Part shown: piece by piece, positions 27,935-38,846 of the stretch | Numbering within the stretch: the stretch's first letter is position 1 | Layout of the letters: every line of letters begins with the position of its first letter | Assembly (NCBI GenBank): GCA_017464845.1 | Contig: JAFTYD010000019.1 | Coordinates: 53,567 to 117,566 of the forward strand | Length of the DNA: 64,000 nucleotides | Reading direction: 5' to 3' | DNA from: Clostridia bacterium | Lineage (GTDB): Bacteria > Bacillota > Clostridia > Christensenellales > UBA1242 | Made by a program: the position numbers and the translations under genes | The notes under the pieces: generated by a model | What the model was told of the DNA's origin: nothing | Database searches by the model: none | The model's input: only the letters and a program-made list of their open reading frames with translations

Positions 27935-29248
27935 TTAAAATAACCCTCTTAAACCTTTCTTTCCTTTCAATTGTTTCATCATTTCTTTAGATTGTTCAAA
28001 AGATTTTAATAATTGGTTAACTTGCTGAATTGAAGTTCCACTTCCTTCAGCAATTCTTTTTCTACGACTTGATTTAATTATTTCAGGATTTTGTCTTTCA
28101 GCTTTTGTCATAGATTGGATAATCGCTTTATTGATTATCATTTGATTCTCATCAATATCCAAATTTTTAATTTTCCCAGATATTCCTGGAATCATTGAAA
28201 GAACATCTTTTATTGAGCCCATTTTCTTAAAATTATCGATTTGAGCTAAATAATCTTCAAAAGTAAATGAATTTTCCTTAAATTTTGTTTCAAGTTTTTT
28301 CATTTCTTCTTCTGTTACAGCATTTTGAGCCTTTTCAATCAATGTTAAAACATCACCCATTCCTAAGATTCTACTAGCTATTCTATCTGGATAAAATGGT
28401 TCAAGATCTCCAATTTTTTCACCAACGCCGGTAAACTTAATTGGTTTTCCTGTGATTGCTTTAATTGAAAGAGCAGCACCACCTCTTGTATCACCATCTA
28501 ATTTTGTTAAAATTACACCTGTGATATCAAGGTCATTATTGAAGCTTTCACTAACTGTTACAGCATCTTGACCTGTCATTGAGTCAACAACTAAAAGAAT
28601 TTCAGTAGGTTTAACTTCCTTTTTGATATCCTTTAATTCTTGCATCAATTCATTATTGATATGAAGTCTTCCTGCAGTATCAACAATGATTGTATCAAAA
28701 CCTTGTTTTTTTGCATAATCTATAGCTTGTTTTGCAGTTTTTACAGGATTTTGAGTTCCTTTTTCAAAAACTTCAACATTTGCTTGCTTTCCAACAACTT
28801 GCAATTGATTGATAGCAGCAGGTCTATAAATATCACATGCAACAAGCAATGGTTTTTTACCTGATTTTTTCAAGTGTGCCCCAAGTTTTGCACACATAGT
28901 TGTTTTACCAGCACCTTGTAAACCACACATCATAATAACAGTTGGTGGTGCAGGAGAAACTTCCAATTTCTGATTTTGTGAAGACATAAGTTCCACAAGT
29001 TCATCTTTAACAATCTTAATAACTTGTTGTCCAGGAGTTAAACTTTTTAAAACTTGTTCGCCAACAGCTTTTTCAGAAACCTTTTTCACAAAGTCTTTTG
29101 CAACCATATAATTTACATCAGCTTCCAAAAGAGCAATTCTAACTTCTCTCATAGCTTCTTTAATTTCAAGCTCTGTAAGTCTTCCTCTTTTTGTTAACTT
29201 TGAAAATATATGACTGAACTTTTCAGACAATGAAGAAAATAAAGCCAT
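27935..29248 (-). CDS. ffh: signal recognition particle protein Ffh
   Basis: NG domain (GLQGAGKTT, DTAGR, TKLDGD) plus a methionine-rich M domain. Confidence 0.97.
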   Translation of the reverse strand: MALFSSLSEKFSHIFSKLTKRGRLTELEIKEAMREVRIALLEADVNYMVAKDFVKKVSEKAVGEQVLKSLTPGQQVIKIVKDELVELMSSQNQKLEVSPAPPTVIMMCGLQGAGKTTMCAKLGAHLKKSGKKPLLVACDIYRPAAINQLQVVGKQANVEVFEKGTQNPVKTAKQAIDYAKKQGFDTIIVDTAGRLHINNELMQELKDIKKEVKPTEILLVVDSMTGQDAVTVSESFNNDLDITGVILTKLDGDTRGGAALSIKAITGKPIKFTGVGEKIGDLEPFYPDRIASRILGMGDVLTLIEKAQNAVTEEEMKKLETKFKENSFTFEDYLAQIDNFKKMGSIKDVLSMIPGISGKIKNLDIDENQMIINKAIIQSMTKAERQNPEIIKSSRRKRIAEGSGTSIQQVNQLLKSFEQSKEMMKQLKGKKGLRGLF

Positions 29249-29249
29249 A

Positions 29250-29585
29250 TTAAATTTCCTCCAAAATATTATTTAAAATTTCTTCTACCTTTTTAAAATT
29301 ATTATCTTTAACATTCTTAATACAAACATTTATATTATTTTTTATTTCTAATAATTTTAAAACTTTTTCATAATTTTCAAGTACATCACATTTCTTTTTT
29401 ATTAAATCATAAACTGCTTGTTTTGAAATGTTTTTTTCTTCTGCAATTTCTGACAAAGTCATATTGTAATCAAAATAATCATCTAATATTTCTTTTTGTT
29501 TACTTTTGATTAAACCTCCATAAATATCATAAAGTTCAATCATTCTAATTTTTTCATCTAGCTCGTCCATAATCAACCTCGTCAA
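29250..29585 (-). CDS. ylxM: YlxM (UPF0122) putative helix-turn-helix protein
   Basis: 111 aa with an HTH (MTLSEIAEEKNISKQAVYD). Lies directly upstream of ffh, as in other Firmicutes. Confidence 0.85.
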   Translation of the reverse strand: MTRLIMDELDEKIRMIELYDIYGGLIKSKQKEILDDYFDYNMTLSEIAEEKNISKQAVYDLIKKKCDVLENYEKVLKLLEIKNNINVCIKNVKDNNFKKVEEILNNILEEI

Positions 29586-29651
29586 GTAAAATTACTTTAC
29601 TAATATATCACATATAAAAAATAAAATCAAGTGTTTTTCACAACTTTTTTA

Positions 29652-30764
29652 TTATGGTAATATATCACAAATTATACTATTACTTACCCCATAATAATCT
29701 GGATTTAAATAAATCCAATTACCTTCTTTTATAAGTATATTTTTATCAAGATATTTCTTAAAATTATCATTTAAAAAAATATCATAACCAAGTTTAATTA
29801 TTTCATTAAAATCAAATCCAAACTTACATCTTAATCCAAGCATTATAAGTTCTTCAATCCTTTCTCTATTATCAATTTTTTCATATAAAAGATTTTCTTT
29901 GTTTTCATATTCATTAAAATTTATTGAATTTGAAAAACGATAACCTTCAAAATATGAATAAGCAGCAACTCCAAATCCTAGATATTCATTACATTTCCAG
30001 TAGTTAATATTATGCTTACTTTCATAACCTATTTTTGAAAAATTTGATATTTCATATCTAAAAAATCCATTTTTTTTAAGAAAATTTACTGTTTTTTCGT
30101 AAATTTCAATAGTTTTTTCAGGAATTGGTAAATTTATCTCTTTATTTTCTACCATAGAAAAAAGTTTTGTGCCCTCTTCAACTTCAAGCATATATGCAGA
30201 AATATGAGTAATATCAAGAGCAATTAATTCTTGTAATTGTTTTTCAAAATCTTGTATGTTTTGATTTTCTAAACCTAATAATAAGTCAACAGAAATATTT
30301 TTAAATCCAACCTTTTTTGCATTGTTTATCGCACAAACAACTTGGTCTTTATTATGTAATCTTCCTAGTTTTTTTAATGTATCATTATCAAGAGATTGAA
30401 CTCCAAAACTTATTCTATTTATTCCTATATTTTTATATACTTTTAACTTCTCTTCATCAACTGAATTTGGATTACATTCTATTGTGATTTCAATATCTTT
30501 TTTTAAATTATAATTTGCATAAACTTCTTCTAAAATTTCTTTTATATATTTTGCATCAACACAAGAAGGTGTTCCTCCTCCAATATATATTGAAGATATC
30601 TCTCTATCTGTTTTTCTTTCTTGAATTTCTTTTTTAAGATTTTGAAAATATTTATTTTTTATTTCATTATTCACACAATAAGAAACAAAAGCGCAATAAA
30701 TGCACTTTTGTTCACAAAAAGGTATATGTATATAAATTGACAATTCTTTCATATTATTCTTCAT
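29652..30764 (-). CDS. hemW: radical SAM heme chaperone HemW (HemN-like, oxygen-independent coproporphyrinogen oxidase family)
   Basis: CxxxCxxC motif ([12 protein letters not shown]) and the lepA-hemW arrangement with an 11-nt overlap. Confidence 0.88.
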   Translation of the reverse strand: MKNNMKELSIYIHIPFCEQKCIYCAFVSYCVNNEIKNKYFQNLKKEIQERKTDREISSIYIGGGTPSCVDAKYIKEILEEVYANYNLKKDIEITIECNPNSVDEEKLKVYKNIGINRISFGVQSLDNDTLKKLGRLHNKDQVVCAINNAKKVGFKNISVDLLLGLENQNIQDFEKQLQELIALDITHISAYMLEVEEGTKLFSMVENKEINLPIPEKTIEIYEKTVNFLKKNGFFRYEISNFSKIGYESKHNINYWKCNEYLGFGVAAYSYFEGYRFSNSINFNEYENKENLLYEKIDNRERIEELIMLGLRCKFGFDFNEIIKLGYDIFLNDNFKKYLDKNILIKEGNWIYLNPDYYGVSNSIICDILP

Positions 30765-32556
30765 CTAATTTTAAAATACTCATAAATGCTTCAGAAGGAA
30801 TTTCAACAGAACCAATCTTTCTCATTTTTTTCTTTCCTTCTTTTTGCTTTTCTAACAATTTTCTTTTTCTTGAAATATCCCCGCCATAACATTTTGCAAG
30901 AACATCTTTTCTCATAGCACTGATAGTTTCTCTTGCTATTACCTTGTTTCCGATACATGCTTGAATAGGAACTTCAAACATTTGTCTTGGAATAATTTTC
31001 TTAAGCTTTTCAGCAACCATTCTTCCCCTATTGTATGCCTTTTCTCTATGAACAATTAGTGATAAAGCATCACATTTTTCTCCATTTAAAAGCATATCAA
31101 CTTTAACTAAATCGCTTTCTAAAAATCCTGAAATTTCATAATCAAAACTTGCATAACCTTTTGTTCTTGATTTTAAACTATCAAAGAAATCATAAATAAT
31201 TTCACCTAATGGTAAAATATATTTAAGTTCAACCCTCTTTTTATCCAAATATTGTAAATCTTTGTAAACACCTCTCTTTTCTTGGCAAAGTTCCATAACT
31301 GCACCAACATATTCAGGTGGTGTGAAAACACTTACTTTAACAATAGGTTCTTCAATTTTTGTAATTTCAACAGTTGGAGGTAAGTTTGCTGGATTAGACA
31401 CTTCAATCATTTCCCCATTTGTTTTGTAAACGTTATAAGATACACTTGGAGATGTTGTAATAATATCTAAATCAAATTCTCTTTCAATTCTTTCTGTTAT
31501 AATTTCAAGGTGTAATAATCCCAAAAAACCACATCTAAAACCAAAACCTAATGCTTGAGAAACTTCTGGTGAATATTGCAAACTTGCATCATTTAACTTC
31601 AATTTTTCTAATGCATCTTTAAGTTCATTATATTTTGCACCATCAACAGGAAAAATCCCACAAAAAACAACAGATTGAACTTGTTTATAACCATCTAAAG
31701 GTTTTTCTGCTGGTTTTTCTGCATTGGTTATAGTATCACCAACCTTAATTTCTGAAATATTTTTAATTGATGCAGCAATATATCCAACATCACCAGCTTT
31801 TAATACATCTACAGCTTTTGTTGAAGGTAAGAAAATTCCAACCTCTGTAACTTCATAAACGCTACCTGTTTGCATCATTAAAATCTTATCTCCAACTTTA
31901 ACACTTCCATCAAACACTCTAATAAGACAAATAGCTCCCTTAAAGTTATCATAATGGCTATCAAATATAAGACATTTAAGTTTTTCTTCACTATTCCCTT
32001 TTGGAGCAGGAATTTTATTTACAATAGCTTCTAATACACTTTCTATATTTATTCCATTTTTAGCAGAAATACATGGCGCATCTTCTGCTTCAATACCAAT
32101 AACCTCTTCAATTTCTTGTTTTATTTCATCTGGTCTAGCTGATGGTAAGTCAATTTTATTAATAATAGGAATGATTTCCAAATTATTATCTATAGCAAGA
32201 TATGCATTTGCCAATGTTTGAGCTTCAACTCCTTGAGAAGCATCGACCAAAAGCAAAGCACCTTCACATGCTGCCAGAGATCTTGAAACTTCATATGTAA
32301 AGTCAACATGTCCAGGTGTGTCAATTAAATTTAATATATAATCTTCATTATTATACTTATATAAAAGTTGAGTTGGAGTAAGTTTTATTGTAATTCCTTT
32401 TTCCCTTTCAAGTTCCATACTATCTAAAAGTTGAGCTTGCATATTTCTTTTTGAAACAAAACCTGCAAGTTCAATCAATCTATCAGCAAGAGTACTCTTT
32501 CCATGATCTATATGAGCAATAATACAAAAATTTCTAATTTTATCAAGTCTATCCAC
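30754..32556 (-). CDS. lepA: translation elongation factor 4
   Basis: [25 protein letters not shown], 600 aa, LepA C-terminal domain. Confidence 0.97.
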   Translation of the reverse strand: MDRLDKIRNFCIIAHIDHGKSTLADRLIELAGFVSKRNMQAQLLDSMELEREKGITIKLTPTQLLYKYNNEDYILNLIDTPGHVDFTYEVSRSLAACEGALLLVDASQGVEAQTLANAYLAIDNNLEIIPIINKIDLPSARPDEIKQEIEEVIGIEAEDAPCISAKNGINIESVLEAIVNKIPAPKGNSEEKLKCLIFDSHYDNFKGAICLIRVFDGSVKVGDKILMMQTGSVYEVTEVGIFLPSTKAVDVLKAGDVGYIAASIKNISEIKVGDTITNAEKPAEKPLDGYKQVQSVVFCGIFPVDGAKYNELKDALEKLKLNDASLQYSPEVSQALGFGFRCGFLGLLHLEIITERIEREFDLDIITTSPSVSYNVYKTNGEMIEVSNPANLPPTVEITKIEEPIVKVSVFTPPEYVGAVMELCQEKRGVYKDLQYLDKKRVELKYILPLGEIIYDFFDSLKSRTKGYASFDYEISGFLESDLVKVDMLLNGEKCDALSLIVHREKAYNRGRMVAEKLKKIIPRQMFEVPIQACIGNKVIARETISAMRKDVLAKCYGGDISRKRKLLEKQKEGKKKMRKIGSVEIPSEAFMSILKLDEE

Positions 32557-32713
32557 TTAAATACTCCTTAAATAAAGTCTTTTTTATTATAAAGAAAAAA
32601 AAATAAATAATCAAGTAAAGTTTGAAATATAATATAAAGAGTTGAAAAATTTAGTTTTATATGTTATAATGTTACAAATTATAACAAATACTAATAAAAA
32701 TGGAGATAATTCG

Positions 32714-33442
32714 ATGGATTTATTTAAGACATGGCTTGTTGAAACACCAATTGCTCATAGAGGTTTTCATGATAAAAACGCACCAGAAAATTCACTTGCA
32801 GCTTTTAAAAATGCAATTGAAAAAGGTTATGCTATCGAACTCGATGTTCGTTTAATTTCTGACGGAACTGTTGTCGTTTTTCATGATGAATCACTTTCTA
32901 GAATGACTGGTAATGATGGATATATTAAATTTTTAACAAAAAATGATTTAGAATTAATCCATTTGAACAATTCTGAAGAAAAAATCCCAACATTAACAGA
33001 AGTATTAGAGTTTGTAAACGGTCAAGTTCCTCTTTTGATTGAAATTAAAAATAATGATAAAGTTGGAGAACTAGAAAAAAGGTTTATTGAAATAATGGAA
33101 GGATATAAAGGTGAATATGCTGTTCAATCATTTAACCCACTTGCATTAAACTATATCAAAAATCATGCCCCTCATATGATTAGAGGTCAACTTGCTGGTT
33201 ACTTAAAAAATAGCAAACTCACTTTCTTTAAAAAGTTTTTAGCAAAAAGAATGATGTTAAACAAAAAATATAGCGAACCACACTTTATTTCTTATGAAGC
33301 AAAACATTTACCAAATAGATATGTAAAAAAATACAAAAACTTACCATTACTTGCTTGGACAATAAATAGTCAAGATGAATATATGCATATCGTTAAACAT
33401 TGCGATAATATTATTTTCCAAAACTTTATTCCAACAATTTAA
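32714..33442 (+). CDS. glycerophosphodiester phosphodiesterase family protein
   Basis: IAHRG...ENS motif, ELDVRL and VVFHDESL. I chose the ATG at 32714 (MDLFKTW) because it follows GGAGA. The upstream part of the track ORF begins with a non-ATG codon. Confidence 0.85.
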   Translation: MDLFKTWLVETPIAHRGFHDKNAPENSLAAFKNAIEKGYAIELDVRLISDGTVVVFHDESLSRMTGNDGYIKFLTKNDLELIHLNNSEEKIPTLTEVLEFVNGQVPLLIEIKNNDKVGELEKRFIEIMEGYKGEYAVQSFNPLALNYIKNHAPHMIRGQLAGYLKNSKLTFFKKFLAKRMMLNKKYSEPHFISYEAKHLPNRYVKKYKNLPLLAWTINSQDEYMHIVKHCDNIIFQNFIPTI

Positions 33443-33472
33443 ACAAAAAAGTAGAGATTTTCTCTACTTTTT

Positions 33473-35236
33473 TTATTCAACTGTAACTGATTTTGCCAAA
33501 TTTCTTGGTTTATCAGGATTATACCCTTTTTCCAAACTTACATAAAATGCTAGTTGTTGAAATGGAATTATTGATGAAATTAAATTAAATTCATCATTAT
33601 AATTTTTTAGTTTAAAATAGTAATCCACATCACAAAAATCTTCTTTTTCAAAAATAGTAAATAGAGCAACCTTGCCACCTCTTGCAAGAATTTCTTCTAT
33701 ATTACTATTTATTTTTTCTTTTATTAAGCCGTTTGTGCAAATAACTATAACCAAAGTACTTCCATCAATTAATGCAAGTGAACCATGTTTTAATTCCCCT
33801 GCAGAAATAGCCATACAATTTATATAAGTTATCTCTTTTAGTTTTAAACTAGCTTCACTACAAGAATAATAATCCCCCTGTCTTCCTACAAAAAATATTT
33901 TATTAAATTTAAGTATTTCAGTATAAAAATTACCTAATAAATTTTCTATATAAAAATTATCAATAACATCTTTATTATTAATATAAAATTCGTCATAATC
34001 ATTTGCTAAAATATGAGAAAAAAACAACATCGCAAATACTTGACAAGTAAATGCTTTTGTTGAAGCTACAGCCACTTCTTTTCCTGCACAAATTGGAATA
34101 ACAAAATCAACAATATTGTTAAGTGTACAATGTTCAACATTAGTAAAAGCAAGAGTTTTGCAACCAAAATTTTTAACAAGTTCGGCACAAGAAATTGTAT
34201 CAGCAGTTTCTCCACTTTGACTAATAAAAACATACAAATTATTTTTGGATAAAATAGGGTTTGAATATTTAAATTCACTAGCTATAAAAACGTGACAAGG
34301 TATACGACAATTTTTTTCAATAAAATAACTTCCCATAAGCCCTGCATGATATGCAGTTCCACAAGCAATAATCTCAATAGAATTAATATTTAAAAATAAA
34401 TTTTTATCAATTTTATTTTTTAAATTATTCAATGAAATTAATTCATTTTTTAATACATTCGGTATCTCATTTATTTCTTTTGACATATAATATTTTTCAT
34501 TTAATAAACAAGTATTTTTATATTCTTTTTCTAATTTTATAGGTTTTTTATTAATTTTTCGCATATTTTTATCAAAAATTTCGATATTTTTACTAGAAAC
34601 ACTTCCAAATTCACCATCTTCTAATATTATGTAACTTTCAAGTTTTCCAAAGAATGTTGATATATCAGAAGTAAGCTGAACTTCATCTTTCCCTATCCCA
34701 ATATAAAGTGGACTTTTGTTTTTTGCAAAGTAAATTTTATCTTCATCTTTATTTAAAATTGCAAGAGCAAAACTTCCTTTAAGTTTGTTTAAAACTATGT
34801 TGATTGTTTCAATAAAATTTGTTCTAAAATATTTTTCAAGTAAGTTAGAAATCACCTCAGTATCTGTATCAGAATTAAAGAAAAAATTTTCACATATAAG
34901 TTGATTTTTTAACTGTTTATAATTCTCTATAATCCCATTATGTACAACTGCAATTTTTTTATTATTAGACAAATGAGGATGAGCATTTTTTTGACTTGGT
35001 TTTCCATGTGTTGCCCATCTTGTATGACCAATTCCTATTGCAAAATCTTCATCAATATTTTTTACTTTTTCTTTTAATTTTGAAATACTTCCAAGACTTT
35101 TTATAACCTTAAAATCTTTATTTTTATATAAACATAACCCTGAAGAATCATATCCTCTATATTCTAATTTTTCAAGATTTTCAACCAATATTTTTGTTGC
35201 ATTATTTTTTCCAATATAACCAGATATTCCACACAT
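33473..35236 (-). CDS. glmS: glutamine--fructose-6-phosphate aminotransferase (isomerising)
   Basis: MCGI N-terminal nucleophile, two SIS domains, C-terminal KSVTVE. Confidence 0.96.
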   Translation of the reverse strand: MCGISGYIGKNNATKILVENLEKLEYRGYDSSGLCLYKNKDFKVIKSLGSISKLKEKVKNIDEDFAIGIGHTRWATHGKPSQKNAHPHLSNNKKIAVVHNGIIENYKQLKNQLICENFFFNSDTDTEVISNLLEKYFRTNFIETINIVLNKLKGSFALAILNKDEDKIYFAKNKSPLYIGIGKDEVQLTSDISTFFGKLESYIILEDGEFGSVSSKNIEIFDKNMRKINKKPIKLEKEYKNTCLLNEKYYMSKEINEIPNVLKNELISLNNLKNKIDKNLFLNINSIEIIACGTAYHAGLMGSYFIEKNCRIPCHVFIASEFKYSNPILSKNNLYVFISQSGETADTISCAELVKNFGCKTLAFTNVEHCTLNNIVDFVIPICAGKEVAVASTKAFTCQVFAMLFFSHILANDYDEFYINNKDVIDNFYIENLLGNFYTEILKFNKIFFVGRQGDYYSCSEASLKLKEITYINCMAISAGELKHGSLALIDGSTLVIVICTNGLIKEKINSNIEEILARGGKVALFTIFEKEDFCDVDYYFKLKNYNDEFNLISSIIPFQQLAFYVSLEKGYNPDKPRNLAKSVTVE

Positions 35237-35300
35237 ATTCTTCCTCCGTACAAAGTTTTATATGCAAAAATATCTATTTATGTTAAATAAAAAAATATCA

Positions 35301-35834
35301 CTATTCGTGATATTTTAAATATGTTAATGTTATATTTCCATAATTTTTTTGATCAAAAACAAAAAATGGAGAATAATCAAAAGTATCAAGTTTTGCATGC
35401 TCACACACAATTATACCATCTTCACTTAATATTTCTTTTTCAAATATTTTGTTTAAAACTTTCTCATATAACCCACTTTTATATGGTGGATCCAAAATTA
35501 TTAAATCAAACTTTTGATTACAAAAATTTAAAAAACTTTCACAAGGAGAATGAAGTACTTTTGCTTTGATATTTAAGTTGTTTAAATTTTCTCTAGTCAT
35601 CTTTACACTTCTTATATCTTTATCTACAAAAACAACTTCACTTGCACCCCAACTTAATGCCTCTATCCCTATAGCACCTGTTCCACAAAAAAGGTCTAAA
35701 ACCTTTTTATCTTGAATAAAAAGTTGAAGTTTCGTAAACAAAGCCTGTCTAACTTTATCTGTAGTTGGTCTTATATGATCATACTTATTTTCTATTAATT
35801 TTCTTCCTTTATAAATTCCTGAATCTACTCTCAT
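35301..35834 (-). CDS. rsmD: 16S rRNA (guanine966-N2)-methyltransferase
   Basis: MRVDSGIYKGRKL, RPTTDKVRQALF, DLFCGTGAIGIEALS and DPPY. The start is taken at the internal ATG at 35834. Confidence 0.88.
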   Translation of the reverse strand: MRVDSGIYKGRKLIENKYDHIRPTTDKVRQALFTKLQLFIQDKKVLDLFCGTGAIGIEALSWGASEVVFVDKDIRSVKMTRENLNNLNIKAKVLHSPCESFLNFCNQKFDLIILDPPYKSGLYEKVLNKIFEKEILSEDGIIVCEHAKLDTFDYSPFFVFDQKNYGNITLTYLKYHE

Positions 35835-35865
35835 AAATTTATGATAACATAACTTAAAAAAAATA

Positions 35866-36885
35866 TCAAACAATTTCAATCTCACATCTTGTTTTGGAAA
35901 AATTTGTCAATATTTCATAAGGAATGGTTCTTGACTTTTTTGCGATTTTTTCAACATTCCATACCATTTCAACATAATCACCTATATTCAGTTCAATATT
36001 ATTTATTTCAATAAAACATACATCCATACAAATATTTCCAATTATTTTACATCTTTTTCCATTAATAAAAACAAACTCATCTTTCATTAATCTCAAAAGT
36101 CCATCACCATATCCAATTGATAAAATCGCAATTTTTGTATCTTTATTTGATTTAAATTCATAATTATAACCCAAATATCCATCTTTCTTAATTTCTTTTA
36201 TATCAAGGACTTTTGAAAAAATTTTCATAATAGGTACAACGTTTATATTTTCATACCCATATAATCCTATACCAACTCGTATCATATCATAATTAAAATC
36301 ATAATTAATTATATTACTTCCACCAAAATGAATAATATTTTTAGACAAATTACCTAATATTTTTATTTTTTTTAAAAAATTATTATAATTATTTTTAGTA
36401 ATTTTTTTATTTGAAAGATAAGGAAAATGCGTAAAAACACCATTAAAACTAATTTTATTATGCTCACATAATTCCCTAATTGATTTTAATTCACATTCTT
36501 CTTTAACTCCGTATCTATTCATTCCACAATCTATTTTTAAATGCATTAACTTTTCACATTCTATCTTATTTACAAATTCTATCTCTCTAACATTTTCAAC
36601 CATAAATTCCAAGTTATTATCTTTACATTTAGAAAAATCAAACACTTTACCAACAATAAGAATCTTTGATTTTTTTGAAATTTCTCTAATTTTTAATGCT
36701 TCAAAAATATTTGACACTCCAAAATAATCCACATCTTTTTTAAGTAAATCAACAATCTCACAAAGACCATGACCATAGGCATCAGCTTTTACCATAGCAC
36801 ATATTTTTTTGTTAAATGATTTGTAATATTTTAAATTTTTAAACAAAATCTCTTTATAAATTTTTTTGATATTGTACCCTTTCAT
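35866..36885 (-). CDS. alr: alanine racemase
   Basis: PLP-lysine motif AMVKADAYGHG; 339 aa. Confidence 0.9.
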   Translation of the reverse strand: MKGYNIKKIYKEILFKNLKYYKSFNKKICAMVKADAYGHGLCEIVDLLKKDVDYFGVSNIFEALKIREISKKSKILIVGKVFDFSKCKDNNLEFMVENVREIEFVNKIECEKLMHLKIDCGMNRYGVKEECELKSIRELCEHNKISFNGVFTHFPYLSNKKITKNNYNNFLKKIKILGNLSKNIIHFGGSNIINYDFNYDMIRVGIGLYGYENINVVPIMKIFSKVLDIKEIKKDGYLGYNYEFKSNKDTKIAILSIGYGDGLLRLMKDEFVFINGKRCKIIGNICMDVCFIEINNIELNIGDYVEMVWNVEKIAKKSRTIPYEILTNFSKTRCEIEIV

Positions 36886-37007
36886 ATTCTATAAATATAT
36901 AAAAAAAATTAAAAATGTTAAAAAATAAACTTATTTTTGCCGTCATTATTGCACAAAAAAGATTATCGTGATGTAAAATCAATATAAAGGAGGCGTGGAT
37001 TATACAA

Positions 37008-37196
37008 ATGAAAAAAAACTATCCTAGATATACATTGAGAGTGTCTAGAGAAGTTTTAGAAAAGATTGGTTATATTTCAAAATATAATGGTCGTACCAAA
37101 AACAAAGAGATTGAATACGTTTTAAAAAAATGGATTCAAGAATACGAAAAAGCCAATGGTGAAATTGAAATAAATTATTATGACGATGAAGACTAA
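37008..37196 (+). CDS. small ribbon-helix-helix (Arc/CopG-like) DNA-binding protein
   Basis: 62 aa. N-terminal beta-strand RYTLRVSREVLEKI, then two helices and an acidic tail. AAGGAGG RBS. Confidence 0.55.
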   Translation: MKKNYPRYTLRVSREVLEKIGYISKYNGRTKNKEIEYVLKKWIQEYEKANGEIEINYYDDED

Positions 37197-37213
37197 AATT
37201 TTTAAAAAATTAA

Positions 37214-37242
37214 TTGACATATTTTTAAAATCGTTGTATAAT
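37214..37242 (+). promoter_or_regulatory. consensus sigma-A promoter upstream of tRNA-Lys
   Basis: TTGACA (37214-37219), 17-nt spacer, TGTATAAT (extended -10; TATAAT at 37237-37242). Confidence 0.75.
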
Positions 37243-37349
37243 GCTTGATGTATCATTATATTAATACAAATGATACCTTTTCTATAACTTATTCTTATAG
37301 GACAGTAAAAATTATTAACTTAACTTGCAGAAGTTTTCTTCTGCACTAT

Positions 37350-37425
37350 GGGTTGCTAGCTCAGTTGGTAGAGCATTCGACTCTTAATCGAAGGGTCCGG
37401 GGTTCGAGCCCCCGGCAACCCACCA
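37350..37425 (+). tRNA. tRNA-Lys (anticodon CUU)
   Basis: Full cloverleaf by hand: acceptor GGGTTGC/GCAACCC, D-arm GCTC/GAGC, anticodon stem TTCGA/TCGAA with loop CTCTTAA, T-arm CGGGG-TTCGAGC-CCCCG, and an encoded CCA. Confidence 0.93.
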
Positions 37426-37495
37426 TTTAAAACAACTTGGATACTTTTCGTATTCGAGTTTTTTTAATTTTGTATTTATTTTTAAAGGAATTTTT

Positions 37496-37951
37496 ATGAA
37501 TCTCATTAAAATCACAAAAGAAAACTTAACTTTACTTAATGATGTTATGGAAATGATATACGATGAATGGGGTTTAACTTTTTCATCTTCGAAAGAAGAA
37601 AAACTTAACAAAACCAAACAGTCCATTTTAGAAAATAATAATTTTCCACAAATATACCTATTAAATCATAATAACAAAAATATTGGTTCATTTTCAATTT
37701 TAGAACATGAACTTAAAGGTAGTACCCTTTCCCCTTGGCTTGCTTGTGTCACAATTAATAAAAAATATCGTGGACAAGGTTACGGAAAATTTTTATTACA
37801 ATATATTAATGAAATAATTGAAAAAGATTTTAAAACCATATATTTAACCACTGAATTAATTAATTTTTATGAAAAAATTGGATTTAAGCTAATTAAAATT
37901 ATTGATAATAACGGCAAAAACAATAGATTATATTGTAAAATATGTAAATAA
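37496..37951 (+). CDS. GNAT-family N-acetyltransferase
   Basis: Acetyl-CoA-binding motif KKYRGQGYGKFLL; 151 aa. Confidence 0.8.
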   Translation: MNLIKITKENLTLLNDVMEMIYDEWGLTFSSSKEEKLNKTKQSILENNNFPQIYLLNHNNKNIGSFSILEHELKGSTLSPWLACVTINKKYRGQGYGKFLLQYINEIIEKDFKTIYLTTELINFYEKIGFKLIKIIDNNGKNNRLYCKICK

Positions 37952-38096
37952 TTTATATAACCACATTAATATCTTCTACTTAGTGTTTTATAATATTTAG
38001 ACTTAGATACCTAAGTCTTTTTTTATTAACCCTAAAAGTATTGATTATTATTTTTATTTGTGCTATTATATAAATATGTATTAGGAGGTATTTATT

Positions 38097-38735
38097 ATGG
38101 TTATAGAAAATTTAAATATTCAATTACCAAAATTAAAATATAGTTATTTTAATCACCCTGAAGCTATGGACGAACTTCAAAGATTAAAAGAAGAAAGAGA
38201 AAAACATCTTTTAAACAAAGATCAACTTAGAGAAAAAATTGCAAAAGGTGAAGCCGTTTTATTAAACGATAGAGATGCAAAACATAGAGTATTTATGTAT
38301 ATAGACAAAACTAATCCATTATGCTTTATGCAAATCTATAATGAAAATGGTGAACTCCAATTCACTTTCCCTTGGAATGGTGATAAACAAAAATGGAGAG
38401 ATAAACTTGACTTAACTGTACTTGATTTTAATGAAAGTTATGACACAACTATTAAAAGTATGGAAGTAGTTGCAACAAATGAAGGTAAACTTGCTATTAA
38501 AACAACTTCAAATATGTTAATGTCTGTTTGTGTTGTTGACGATTATGACAGCATTACTTTGCTTGATAGAAATGGAAAAGTAAAAAGTGGTCCATGTTTG
38601 TTTGACAAGAAAAACCTCCCATTTAAAGACATCTATGATAAAGAAGGTAATGTTGATGTTATGAATGCTGTAAAAAATCATGGAGATAAATTCTTTGATC
38701 GCTATACAGACCCTTCAATCAGTTTTGTAATTTAA
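38097..38735 (+). CDS. hypothetical protein (no recognisable domain)
   Basis: 212-aa ORF with a strong RBS (AGGAGG), its own promoter (TTGATT, 17-nt spacer, TATTAT) and a terminator after it. Confidence 0.6.
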   Translation: MVIENLNIQLPKLKYSYFNHPEAMDELQRLKEEREKHLLNKDQLREKIAKGEAVLLNDRDAKHRVFMYIDKTNPLCFMQIYNENGELQFTFPWNGDKQKWRDKLDLTVLDFNESYDTTIKSMEVVATNEGKLAIKTTSNMLMSVCVVDDYDSITLLDRNGKVKSGPCLFDKKNLPFKDIYDKEGNVDVMNAVKNHGDKFFDRYTDPSISFVI

Positions 38736-38846
38736 AGCAATAAAAAGTAAGGTAAAATTTTTACCTTATTTTTTTCATTTTTAATATAATTGACTTTTTT
38801 ATGTAATTTTTTTTATAATCATTTTGTAATATAAAAAAAGGAATAT

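Noticed and set aside
35237-35300. I looked for a glmS ribozyme upstream of glmS, as it is common in Firmicutes.
   Set aside because: The gap to the upstream rsmD gene is only 64 nt, too short for the ~170-nt ribozyme, and I see no conserved core sequence. glmS here seems to lack it. This is a negative observation, not an element.
37245-37626. Two ORFs (37245-37430 on the plus strand, 37384-37626 on the minus strand) overlapping tRNA-Lys.
   Set aside because: They run through the tRNA gene and its leader, so they are artefacts.
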